A stretch of 36,739 nt of DNA, taken from positions 1-36,739 of the forward strand of contig JAFWBO010000109.1 in assembly GCA_017507065.1 (NCBI GenBank), in the 5' to 3' direction. Both the position numbers and the translations under genes were made by a program. Shown here piece by piece: positions 26,520-35,831 of this stretch. Every line of letters starts with the position of its first letter. Position 1 is the stretch's first letter. Below the pieces are notes generated by a model. That model had not been told where the DNA came from. It was given only the letters and a program-made list of their open reading frames with translations, and ran no database searches. This DNA is from Kiritimatiellia bacterium (GTDB lineage Bacteria > Verrucomicrobiota > Kiritimatiellia > RFP12 > UBA1067).

Positions 26520-26916
26520 AGCCCGCCCGAAGCCGCCGGCGCTCGCGCTGACGTCGATGCTCGACGTCATATTTCTGCTGCTCTGCTTCTTCGTGACGTC
26601 GAGCGTGTTTTCGCAGTGGGAGAGCGAGATATCGATCCAGCTCCCGAACGCGAAGAACGCCGAAGATCCGGATCGCCTTCCGGGTGAGATAATCGCCAAT
26701 GTCGCCAAAGACGGCTCGGTGCGCGTCAACGGCATGGACATAACGCTCGAGGACCTCAACGCCCGGCTCGGGAAAATAGCCCGCTATTATCCCGGACAGG
26801 CCGTCATCATCCGTGCCGACAAGGCCGTGAGTTATGAAAATCTCGTCAAGGTGATAGATGCCTGCCGCAGCGCCGGCGTCTGGAATTTCTCCCTGGCGAC
26901 ATCGAACGAGAAGTAA
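26503..26916 (+). CDS. exbD: ExbD/TolR biopolymer transport protein
   Basis: LTSMLDVIFLLLCFF (conserved transmembrane Asp), IQLP, VIIRADKAVSYENLVKVID. Confidence 0.9.
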   Translation: MKFSAEARPKPPALALTSMLDVIFLLLCFFVTSSVFSQWESEISIQLPNAKNAEDPDRLPGEIIANVAKDGSVRVNGMDITLEDLNARLGKIARYYPGQAVIIRADKAVSYENLVKVIDACRSAGVWNFSLATSNEK

Positions 26917-26922
26917 AGGCAG

Positions 26923-28854
26923 ATGTTCGCGCTTGTCACAGCTTTGGCGGCGATAACCGTCCTCCCGGCCGACAGGCTGGCGATGGCCGACAGGCTTTTC
27001 GACCGCGGCCTCTATGCCGAGGCCAAGGCCGAGTATGTCGCGCTCGAAGGAGCGGAGGGCGTCGCTCCCGACGACATTCTCTACCGTCTGGCCGAATGCG
27101 AGTCGGCTCTCGGCGACAAAAATGCCGCCAAAAAGGCTTACGCCGCTCTTCTCGAGAAACATCCTCTTTCACGCCATGCGGCGCGTTCGCGCTTCATGAA
27201 GGCAATGGCCGAAGAGGGAGAGGAAAGGAAGCTTTCGTTAAGGGCCCTCGATTCCGACGCCACGCCTGCCGACATACGCGCCGCCGCGCTCTATCATCTC
27301 GGCGCGGAGGGCGGAGACGCCAATGCGCTGTCTCGTTCGATCGCCCTCGATCCGTCGGGCAGATACGCGCCGTACGCGAAGTACAGAAGGGCTCTGGCGA
27401 ATTCGTCTTCGAAAGATCCCGCCGTGCGCAGGCAGGCGTGCAACGAACTGCTGGAGATTTTCTATTCCGGCAAGGACGATCTTTCGGCAGAAGCCCTTTA
27501 TCTCGCAGGCGAGATCAGCTATTCCGACAAGCGTTATGCGTCGGCGGCGTCGATCTTCAGGCTTTTCATGAAGAAGTTCCCGGCGTCGGAGAAAGCCGAC
27601 GGCGCCCGCACTATGGCCGCCTGGAGCGAATATGCGCGCCAGGCGTATTCCGAAGCCGCGCTGCTCGCTTCGGACGGAGCCACCGACGACAGGGCCTGCA
27701 TTCTTGCCATGTCGGCGTATGCGACGGGAGAGCGCGCCAAAGCCCGCGGCCTCATGCTTGCGTATCTTGAAAAGTATCCGGAAGGGAAGCATCGCGATTC
27801 CGTGGCGCTGCCGCTCGCGCGTATCGATTTCGAAAATGCCGAGAAGGCCGGCGATGCCGCCGCGGCGGTCGAGGCCGCGAAGAAGGCCTGTGCCGTGTCC
27901 GGCGCCGCCGCGGACATGCTCCGCCTTGCATGGGCGTACGAAAAAGGCGGCAATGCCGCCGCGGCCGACGCCGAATACGGGAAGATCGCCGTTTCGTTCC
28001 CGTCTACCGAGGAGGCGGCCGAAGCTCTTTTCCGCCGGGCGATGGCGGCCATCCGCGAAAAGAAATGGTCGAGGGCGGGGCTTTTCCTCGCAGAGGCCGA
28101 AGCCACGGGCAAAAACGCGCGCCGCGATGCGGAAACGAAATACTGGCGCGGCGTGGCGGCCGTGATGCTTTCGCAGACGGAGGAGGGCGCGTCGTTCCTC
28201 AGAAGCGCCCTCGAGAAAGGCCTCCCGCCGGATCTCGCCCGCGAGGCGAGGCTCATGACGGCCGATTGCGATTACGCAGGCGGCCGGAAGGAAGCGGCCA
28301 AGAAAGAATACGCCAAACTTGTGGGCGAAGGCGCGGCCGAACGCATGGGAGCGCAGAAGCTCAGAGCCGTGGGGCGTTTCCTTCTCGACGGCACGGTGCT
28401 CGCTCCGATGCCCGAGGAAGCGAAGAAATGCGCCCTTGCGATGACAGCCATGGACAATGCCGAGTGGCGCCAGGCGGGGTTTGCGCTGAAAGGCGCGGCG
28501 GAGGAAGCGCTCGGCGCGACGAGCGCCGCGGCGGAGTCGTACCGCGCGGCGATGGCCGAGAAGGCGCGTACGGAGGATCTTGCGCCGGCCGTTCTTTCGC
28601 TCGGCGTGATCGAGTCTAAAGCCGGCAACCACATCGAGGCCGACCGCGTGCTCAAGGAGTGCGTCTCGCTGAGCCGCGACAACGCTTCCCGCCGCGCCGA
28701 CGCGTACAGGTGGCTTGCCAGAAACAGCGAAGCGATGACGGATTACCGGGGGGCATGCGGATATGCCACGGTGATTCTCACGCTTTTCGACGACGAAGAA
28801 CTCGCAAAAGAGGCGAAACAGATTCTTGAACGCCATCCGGAGGCTTCGAAATGA
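26923..28854 (+). CDS. Exported tetratricopeptide-repeat protein
   Basis: Repeated TPR-like units (ILYRLAEC..AKKAYAALLEKHP, EALYLAGE..FMKKFPAS, EALFRRA); hydrophobic N-terminus. Confidence 0.8.
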   Translation: MFALVTALAAITVLPADRLAMADRLFDRGLYAEAKAEYVALEGAEGVAPDDILYRLAECESALGDKNAAKKAYAALLEKHPLSRHAARSRFMKAMAEEGEERKLSLRALDSDATPADIRAAALYHLGAEGGDANALSRSIALDPSGRYAPYAKYRRALANSSSKDPAVRRQACNELLEIFYSGKDDLSAEALYLAGEISYSDKRYASAASIFRLFMKKFPASEKADGARTMAAWSEYARQAYSEAALLASDGATDDRACILAMSAYATGERAKARGLMLAYLEKYPEGKHRDSVALPLARIDFENAEKAGDAAAAVEAAKKACAVSGAAADMLRLAWAYEKGGNAAAADAEYGKIAVSFPSTEEAAEALFRRAMAAIREKKWSRAGLFLAEAEATGKNARRDAETKYWRGVAAVMLSQTEEGASFLRSALEKGLPPDLAREARLMTADCDYAGGRKEAAKKEYAKLVGEGAAERMGAQKLRAVGRFLLDGTVLAPMPEEAKKCALAMTAMDNAEWRQAGFALKGAAEEALGATSAAAESYRAAMAEKARTEDLAPAVLSLGVIESKAGNHIEADRVLKECVSLSRDNASRRADAYRWLARNSEAMTDYRGACGYATVILTLFDDEELAKEAKQILERHPEASK

Positions 28855-30485
28855 CGAGAGAAAGAAGGCAGGATCTGGCGTTCGGAGCTCTCGCGGTTTC
28901 CATTGCCGTTCACATAGCGGTGATGGTTCTCGTGAAATCAGAGGTTATGACCCGCATCCCCGGAGACGGGGCGCGTTCGCGCCGTCTCCAGACGATGCGC
29001 ATAACCGAAGCTCCGGAGCCTGCGGCCGTGTCTGGAATGGAAGAGGCCGGCGATCGTTCCCCCGCGAAAAGCGCCCCGGCGCCGGAAAAGGATGCTCCAT
29101 CTCCCGCGCTTGACGCGTTTTCGCCCGTCGAAGCTCCCGCGGCCGTCGCCGAAGCGCCGTCGGCCATGAACAGGAAGGACGATATCCCCGTCCCTGCGGT
29201 TGAAACGCTTCCGAAACTTTCCGGAGAAAAGACGAAAATAGACCACGGCAAGCCCGTGCAGGACCCGGGCATGCTTCCGGTTTCCGCGCCGGTGCATGCG
29301 GCCGGCCGCGCCGCGCCGCCCGAAGCGGCCGCAGCCGCAAGGCCTTCCGATGCGCTTGCCATGGCGCTTTTCGAACCGGCGGCGCCCGTCGCGCGCGATT
29401 TCGGCGAAATCGGAATGGATCCGTTCCTCCCCGACGACCGCCCAGACCTCGCCGGGCGCGATTTCGATGCAGGCACCGAAGTTATGGACCGGGTGGACGA
29501 GAAGGTCGTCGCGCTCGAGAAGACGGCCGTGAAGACCCTGCTCGACGACAGAAATGCATCGGAATTCTCCAAGGTGGCCGCCGTCGAACTCGTGCGCGAG
29601 ACAGAGGGCGAATGGACGTATTTCAAGGTTAAAATCGTCCCGTCCGCTTCTCTCTCGGCCGTGCCTAAAGACGTGGTGATTCTCATGGACGCGTCGGGAT
29701 CCATCGGCTCGGACCGTCTGCGTAGCTGCCGCGCCGCCGTGCGTTCAATACTGCGCAGCTGCGCCAATACCGGCGACAGGTTCAACCTCGTCGCTTTCCG
29801 CGACAGATTCTCCTATGCGTTCAAAACGTGGAGAGAGTGCGACAGCGTTTCTTTCGAGGCGGCCGACAGGTGGCTTTCGAGGCTTGCCGCTTTCGGGCGC
29901 ACGGACGTCTTCGCAACGATCCGCTCCGTGCTCGCTTTGCCCAGAGATCCGCAAAGGCCGCTTATCGCGCTCGTTGTCACAGACGGCGACGCCAACTCCG
30001 GCGTGAGCCGCACGTCTTCCATCCTCTCCCGCTTCACGGAGCTCAACGACGGGCTCGTGTCGATATACATGTACGGCGTCAAAGGAAGCGCCAACAGGGA
30101 GCTTATCGACATGCTGACGGCCGGGAACAGGGGCGAGAGTTTTATATTCGACGGCGAACGCGCCTCGGCCGGCGGGTATCTCGAAAATCTCGGCCGACGC
30201 TTCCGCGATCCGGTCGTCACCGACCTGAGGGTGGTGTTCGCAAGCGGCATCGAGGTTCAGACGTATCCGAGGCTTCTGAAAAACCTCTACGCCGGATCTT
30301 CGGTAGAGTTCGCCGGACGTGTTCCGGCGAACGCGCGCAGCGTTTCTTTTTCGATAAAGGGGCTGCGCGGGGCGAATGCGTTCGAGGGATTTTATTCGTT
30401 CGATCTGGCTGCGGCGCCCGCCGCGCCGGGAGTGGCCGACGCATGGAGAAAAGGCGAGGCTGTTGAAAGGAAACTTCGCAGATGA
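28851..30485 (+). CDS. Membrane-anchored Pro/Ala-rich linker plus VWA-domain protein
   Basis: N-terminal anchor ALAVSIAVHIAVMV with TonB-like S-x3-H, Pro/Ala-rich linker, MIDAS motif DASGS...GRTD...VTDG. Confidence 0.82.
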   Translation: MTRERRQDLAFGALAVSIAVHIAVMVLVKSEVMTRIPGDGARSRRLQTMRITEAPEPAAVSGMEEAGDRSPAKSAPAPEKDAPSPALDAFSPVEAPAAVAEAPSAMNRKDDIPVPAVETLPKLSGEKTKIDHGKPVQDPGMLPVSAPVHAAGRAAPPEAAAAARPSDALAMALFEPAAPVARDFGEIGMDPFLPDDRPDLAGRDFDAGTEVMDRVDEKVVALEKTAVKTLLDDRNASEFSKVAAVELVRETEGEWTYFKVKIVPSASLSAVPKDVVILMDASGSIGSDRLRSCRAAVRSILRSCANTGDRFNLVAFRDRFSYAFKTWRECDSVSFEAADRWLSRLAAFGRTDVFATIRSVLALPRDPQRPLIALVVTDGDANSGVSRTSSILSRFTELNDGLVSIYMYGVKGSANRELIDMLTAGNRGESFIFDGERASAGGYLENLGRRFRDPVVTDLRVVFASGIEVQTYPRLLKNLYAGSSVEFAGRVPANARSVSFSIKGLRGANAFEGFYSFDLAAAPAAPGVADAWRKGEAVERKLRR

Positions 30486-31147
30486 TGGACGTCAAAATAC
30501 TTCCGTCGCTTCTTGCGGCCGATTTCGGCCGTCTGGCAGAGGAGATAAAAAGGGCTGAAGCCTCGCTTGCGGATGCGATACATCTCGACATAATGGATCC
30601 GCATTTCGTCCCGAACATCTCGTTCGGGCCGGACGTGGTGGCGCTTTCGAAAAAGACCGCCCCGGGGTTCTACAGGAACGTGCATCTCATGATGGACCGT
30701 CCAGATCTCTACATCGGCAAATTCGCCGATGCCGGAGCCGAAACCATCCAGATACACATCGAGGCCGATTGCGATCTGCACGACACGCTCGCCTCGATAA
30801 GGCGCATCGGTCTCAGAAACGCGCTTGTGCTCAATCCCGAGACGCCGATAGAGACGTTTCTGCCGTATCTCGGCGAGATAGACGAAGCGCTCGTCATGAC
30901 AGTCCATCCGGGATACGGCGGGCAGAAATTCATCGAAGAGTGCCTTCCGAAAGTCGAATGGCTGAGGAAACGCATGCCCGATCTCGACATCATGGTCGAC
31001 GGCGGAATCAACGGCGAAACCGCGGTGCGCGCGGCGGCGGCGGGGGCGAACATGCTTGTCGCCGGAAGCTATCTTTTTTCGAAGCGCGACATGGCTCTCG
31101 CCGTTTCGCAGATGCGCGCGAGCTGCGCGGACGGAGGCCGGCCGTGA
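30482..31147 (+). CDS. rpe: Ribulose-phosphate 3-epimerase
   Basis: PSLLAADF, HLDIMDPHFVPNISFG, VHLM, MTVHPGYGGQKF, VDGGIN, VAGS. Confidence 0.96.
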   Translation: MMDVKILPSLLAADFGRLAEEIKRAEASLADAIHLDIMDPHFVPNISFGPDVVALSKKTAPGFYRNVHLMMDRPDLYIGKFADAGAETIQIHIEADCDLHDTLASIRRIGLRNALVLNPETPIETFLPYLGEIDEALVMTVHPGYGGQKFIEECLPKVEWLRKRMPDLDIMVDGGINGETAVRAAAAGANMLVAGSYLFSKRDMALAVSQMRASCADGGRP

Positions 31148-31689
31148 GAAAGATAGTCCTTGGAGTGACAGGGTCGATAGCCGCGTACAAGGCGGCCGCT
31201 CTCGCAAGGCTTTTCGTGAAGAACGGCGACGAGGTCAGGGTCGTGATGACCGAGGCGGCGACGAAGTTCGTCTCTCCGCTCGTTTTCAGGACGCTCACGC
31301 GCCAGTCGGTGGCGGTCGACGCTTTCGAGTCTCCCGGGAAGTGGGAGATAGGGCATGTGTCGCTCGCGGCATGGGCCGACATGATGGTCGTCGCCCCCGC
31401 AACGGCCAACACGCTCGCGAAGATGCGCTGCGGCATCGCCGACAATCTGCTCACTTCGACGGTGCTCGCGGCGAAATGCCCGGTCGTCGTCGCGCCCGCG
31501 ATGAATTCCGGCATGTGGAACAACGCCGCGACGCGCGAGAACGTCGCAGAACTCGTTAGGCGCGGCGTGAAGGTGGCCGGGCCGGCTTCTGGCTTCCTTG
31601 CGTGCGGAGACGACGGGGAAGGGCGGATGCTTGAGCCGGAAGAGATTTTTTCGTTTGCCGCGTCTGCGGCGATGGACATAAACAAATAA
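31144..31689 (+). CDS. coaC: Phosphopantothenoylcysteine decarboxylase (stand-alone CoaC flavoprotein)
   Basis: GTG start 31144; GVTGSIAAYK, HVSLAAWAD, APATANTLAK, PAMN, LACGDDGEGRM; ends with no CoaB domain. Confidence 0.88.
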   Translation: MRKIVLGVTGSIAAYKAAALARLFVKNGDEVRVVMTEAATKFVSPLVFRTLTRQSVAVDAFESPGKWEIGHVSLAAWADMMVVAPATANTLAKMRCGIADNLLTSTVLAAKCPVVVAPAMNSGMWNNAATRENVAELVRRGVKVAGPASGFLACGDDGEGRMLEPEEIFSFAASAAMDINK

Positions 31690-31708
31690 AAGAAAGGACA
31701 GGACGGAA

Positions 31709-33064
31709 ATGGGGATTTTCAAAGCATACGACATCCGCGGCATATACGGAGACGACCTTGACGAGGCGGTTTTCTACAAAATCGCCAGATCCTACGCGCG
31801 GTTCACGGGTACGAAGGGCGGAAGGATCGTCGTCGCCAGAGACTGCAGAAAATCGAGCGACGCGCTTTTCGAGGCGTTTTCGAAGGGGCTCGTCGACGAG
31901 GGCGTGAACGTCATCGACATAGGTATGGCGTCCACGCCGATGAGCTATTTCGCCAACGGCAGCCTCGGTGCCGACGGATCAGTCATGATAACCGCTTCGC
32001 ACAACACCAAGGAGTGGAACGGATGCAAGCTCTGCCGCGCCGGCGCGGTGCCGATCTCCGGAAAGACTGGCATCAAGGACATCGAGAAGATGGTGTGCGA
32101 GATGGCCGACGACGAGCCGCCGGCCGGGAAGGGGAGCGTTGAGAAGAAGGACATCTCGCGCGAATACGCCGAGTACGTCCGTTCGTTCGCGCATCTTGCG
32201 CGCCCTCTCCATGTCGCGCTCGATTTCGCCAACGGCATGGGCATCGCCGAAAGCGCGGCGTTCGAGGGGAGCGACATATCGTACGATTCGCTTTACGGCG
32301 AATACGACGGCGACTTCCCGAACCACGAGGCCAATCCTCTCAAGACGGAGACGCTCGCCGATCTGCAGGCGAAGATAAAGGCCGCTCCCGGAAAATATGC
32401 TTTCGGCGCCGCTTTCGACGGCGATGCCGACCGTGCCGGTTTCGTAGACGAGAAAGGCGAAGTGATTCCGATGGATTTCATCACGTCGCTCATTTCGCAA
32501 GACATGCTCGCGGCGGCCCCGGGGGCGGTGTGCTTCTACGATCTCAGGTCGTCCAAGGTGTGCGAGGAGACGATTCTCGCGGCAGGGGGAAGGCCCATGA
32601 TGTCCCGCGTCGGGCATTCGTTCATCAAGGAACAGATGCGCGCCAACGATGCGATTTTCGCGGGAGAGCTTTCCGGGCACTACTACTTCAAGGCGAATTT
32701 CACGGCGGAGTCGTCGTCGATGGCCGTGTTTGCCCTCGCCAACATCGTCTCTGCCGCCGGCAAGCCTCTTTCGGAACTTGTCGCCCCGTTGAGACGGTAT
32801 GCGCAGTCGGGGGAGATCAATTCGAAAACGGCGCGCGAGCCGGCGCTGATACTCGCCGGCATAAAGGCCGAATATGCCGCCGATTCCTCCGCCAAGGTGT
32901 TCGAACTCGACGGCGTCAGCATCGACAAGTGGGAGACGGAAGGCTGGTGGGCGAACGTGCGCATGAGCAACACGGAACCTCTCGTCAGGCTAAACCTCGA
33001 AGGAAAGACGAAAGAAATCATGGAGGCGAAACGCGATGAATTTCTCGCAAAAATACGCGCGTAG
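31709..33064 (+). CDS. Phosphomannomutase/phosphoglucomutase
   Basis: IFKAYDIRG, TASHN (phospho-Ser), FDGDADR, GELSGH, RMSNTEP. Confidence 0.93.
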   Translation: MGIFKAYDIRGIYGDDLDEAVFYKIARSYARFTGTKGGRIVVARDCRKSSDALFEAFSKGLVDEGVNVIDIGMASTPMSYFANGSLGADGSVMITASHNTKEWNGCKLCRAGAVPISGKTGIKDIEKMVCEMADDEPPAGKGSVEKKDISREYAEYVRSFAHLARPLHVALDFANGMGIAESAAFEGSDISYDSLYGEYDGDFPNHEANPLKTETLADLQAKIKAAPGKYAFGAAFDGDADRAGFVDEKGEVIPMDFITSLISQDMLAAAPGAVCFYDLRSSKVCEETILAAGGRPMMSRVGHSFIKEQMRANDAIFAGELSGHYYFKANFTAESSSMAVFALANIVSAAGKPLSELVAPLRRYAQSGEINSKTAREPALILAGIKAEYAADSSAKVFELDGVSIDKWETEGWWANVRMSNTEPLVRLNLEGKTKEIMEAKRDEFLAKIRA

Positions 33065-34205
33065 CGTAATGGCGGCCGCGGCGGCCGCGGTGCTTGTTTC
33101 CGGCGGATGCGGCAGAAGCGACGGCACCGCCGAGTACGAAGCGGGGGTGAAAGCTTTCGAAGGCGGAAACTTCAACGAAGCCCGCGACAAGTTTTCAAAG
33201 TCGCTCGAGTACGGGCCGGAAAACGCTTCCGCCGCGATAATGCTTTCAAGGACTCTTGTGGCCTCCGGCGATCTAAAAGCCGCTTCCGCCGCCGCGGAGA
33301 AGGCGATGGAGCTCGCGCCCGGAGACGCCGACGCCGTGATGACGGCTGCACAGACGGCGTTTTACGCGAGAAACTACGCTCTCGCGAGAAAGCTTTTCGG
33401 AGAGCTCGCTTCCAAGCCGGGATATACGCCGCAGATACGTTCGGCCGCGCTTGCATCTCTCGCCGTCGTCGATATCGCCTGCATCTCCGGGCGGGACATG
33501 GAGTATTTCCGCGAGTCTGCAAGGACGGGGCTTCTGCTCGCCATACGCTCAGACCCGAGAAACGCCGCCGCGAGGTATCATCTCGCGCTCCTTTACCGCG
33601 ATTCTTACGGATACGCCGAATCCGCGCTCGACCAGTTCGAGCTTTACGCCCGTCTCGACAGGAAAGACGCCGCGCGGGTGGAGCGCACGAGGACGAAGAC
33701 CATTCCGGAGCTCAGGGAGACGATTGCCAAAAATCCGCAGCGCAGCGCCGAGCGCCGCGACAGCCTGCTTTCCGCCAAAGAACTGCGCAATGCGGAGACG
33801 GCGAGAGCGAAAGGCGATTTCAAAGCGGCCAGGAAGGCTTATGAAAGAGCGCGCCGGGCCGATGCCTTGAATTTCCAGGCCGTCATGGGGCTGGCCGAGA
33901 CGTCTTACAGGGCCTCGTCGACAAAAGCCGGAGCCACCGAGGCTTTCAGGCTGTGCAGAGAGGCGTGGGGATTGCGGCCTACCTCGAAGGAAGCTCTCGT
34001 GAAAGCCGGCGAATACGCCCTCAAGGCTGGCAACGCCGCAGGCGCGGTCGAAGCGTATTCCCGCGCGCTCGCGGCGGCTCCGAACGATGCGGCGACCGCC
34101 GCGGCTCTCGCGAATGCGTTCATCAAAAACGGCAAGCGCCGCGCGGCAGAGCCTGTCGCACGTTACGCTCGTGAACTCGCCAGGGCGAAAACGGGCGTGA
34201 GATGA
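33036..34205 (+). CDS. TPR-repeat putative lipoprotein
   Basis: GGAGG upstream; signal peptide ending VSGGC (lipobox-like); several TPR-like repeats. Confidence 0.75.
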   Translation: MNFSQKYARSVMAAAAAAVLVSGGCGRSDGTAEYEAGVKAFEGGNFNEARDKFSKSLEYGPENASAAIMLSRTLVASGDLKAASAAAEKAMELAPGDADAVMTAAQTAFYARNYALARKLFGELASKPGYTPQIRSAALASLAVVDIACISGRDMEYFRESARTGLLLAIRSDPRNAAARYHLALLYRDSYGYAESALDQFELYARLDRKDAARVERTRTKTIPELRETIAKNPQRSAERRDSLLSAKELRNAETARAKGDFKAARKAYERARRADALNFQAVMGLAETSYRASSTKAGATEAFRLCREAWGLRPTSKEALVKAGEYALKAGNAAGAVEAYSRALAAAPNDAATAAALANAFIKNGKRRAAEPVARYARELARAKTGVR

Positions 34206-34600
34206 CGCTTCTTCCGGCAGATTGGGCCGTCGTGGCTGCTGCTGCCGCGCTTTTCATCTTCGGCGCGGTGGCGGGGCTTTCCGGAGTGCTCGCTTTTGCC
34301 GTCTCCACGGTGTCCGCAGCGGCGGCCGCCGTGTTCCTCTGGCCTGTCGCTTGCGGTGCGATTTCCTCGAAGTGGGCCGCCGGAGCCGCGGTTTTCGCCG
34401 CCTCGCTCGTCGTGTTCGCCCTCGCGAGATGGATCGTGAAAAAAACAGTCCATGTCATGGTGGCCCAGCCGGCCGATTCGCTTTTTGGAATCATCCTGGC
34501 GCTCGCGCTCTCTGCGGCCGCCGTATGCATGTGGGCGAGGACCGGGTTCTACACGGAATATTCCTATATCGCGGCTTCGGCCGCCCGCTGGGTGATGTGA
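34202..34600 (+). CDS. Small membrane protein, CvpA-like
   Basis: Four hydrophobic segments; D..FG near the C-terminal helix; G..GL motif as in CvpA; ATGA overlap. Confidence 0.55.
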   Translation: MTLLPADWAVVAAAAALFIFGAVAGLSGVLAFAVSTVSAAAAAVFLWPVACGAISSKWAAGAAVFAASLVVFALARWIVKKTVHVMVAQPADSLFGIILALALSAAAVCMWARTGFYTEYSYIAASAARWVM

Positions 34601-34601
34601 C

Positions 34602-35771
34602 ATGCGAAGGGCGAAAGAGAGCGCGATCGAGAAACTCGAAGGCAACCTCGTAGGGTTGATACAGGAAAGAGGCGCCGATCTCGATGTCGGGCCATGGACG
34701 AAAGCGCTCCTCGGATTCCTGAAATTCGCGAGTTTCATTTTCGCCGCGGTCGTCTCTCTGAGGCGCTTTCTCTACAAAACCGGCATCAAGCGCCGGCATC
34801 CGGTGGGGGTGCAGGTGATATCCATCGGCAACATAACCGCGGGCGGCACCGGCAAGACGCCGGTGACGGAGCTTTTGTCGCGCACTCTCGCCGCAGAGGG
34901 CCGCAAGGTGGCCGTTCTTTCCCGCGGGTACAGGCGCAAGGAGGCTCCGCTTTTCAAGAGGCTTTTCACGGACGCCATAATGCCTCCTCTCGTCGTCTCC
35001 GACGGAAGGCGCGTTCTTCTCGATTCGGCCACCGCCGGCGACGAGCCGTACATGCTCGCTTCAAATCTGCCGGGCGTGGCGGTGATAGTCGACCGCGACA
35101 GGGTAAAGGCCGCGAAATACGCGCTCAAGCGTTTCGGATGCGACACGATCGTTCTCGACGACGGCTTCCAGTACCAGCGGCTCAAGCATACGACGGACAT
35201 TCTTCTCGTCGATTCCACAAACCCGTTCGGCAACGGCAACATGCTTCCGCGCGGAATTCTGCGCGAACCGGCGCGGAGACTCAAGCTCGCCGACGTGATT
35301 TTCCTGACAAAGTGCCGCGGAAACGAGGACGAGGTGGAGAAGGAGGTTCGCAAATACAACCGCACCGCCGACATCGTCAAATGCCGCCATGCGCCGGTTT
35401 CCCTCAAAGACGTGTGGAGCCGGGAGGAGTTCGACCTTTCCTGGCTGAAAGGCAAGACGCTGTGCACGCTTTCCGGCATCGCTTCGCCGAAAGGCTTCGA
35501 GAATTCGCTCCGCCGGCTCGGCGCGAAAGTCGTATGGTGCGACAGATACGCAGATCACCACCGCTACGATCCGTCCGAGATACTGTATGCGCTCAACCGC
35601 ACCGCCGACATGGGCGCCGATGCCCTCGTCACCACCGAGAAGGATGCGGTGCGGTTCCCTCGGTTCGAGACGTCTCCCGTAAAGTGCCTTTATATGCGCA
35701 TAGCCATCGACATCACCGGCGGAGAAGAACATTTTTCTTCGCTTGTGGACAGAATATGTTTCAGAAAGTGA
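34602..35771 (+). CDS. lpxK: Tetraacyldisaccharide 4'-kinase
   Basis: GNITAGGTGKTP, LSRGY, GDEP, LDDGFQ, LPRGILREP, DHH, TTEKDAV. Confidence 0.95.
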   Translation: MRRAKESAIEKLEGNLVGLIQERGADLDVGPWTKALLGFLKFASFIFAAVVSLRRFLYKTGIKRRHPVGVQVISIGNITAGGTGKTPVTELLSRTLAAEGRKVAVLSRGYRRKEAPLFKRLFTDAIMPPLVVSDGRRVLLDSATAGDEPYMLASNLPGVAVIVDRDRVKAAKYALKRFGCDTIVLDDGFQYQRLKHTTDILLVDSTNPFGNGNMLPRGILREPARRLKLADVIFLTKCRGNEDEVEKEVRKYNRTADIVKCRHAPVSLKDVWSREEFDLSWLKGKTLCTLSGIASPKGFENSLRRLGAKVVWCDRYADHHRYDPSEILYALNRTADMGADALVTTEKDAVRFPRFETSPVKCLYMRIAIDITGGEEHFSSLVDRICFRK

Positions 35772-35831
35772 TATGGCGATATATTAAATTTTTCGGGACA
35801 TGGAGCTCCGAAAACCAACGGTAAATAAACA

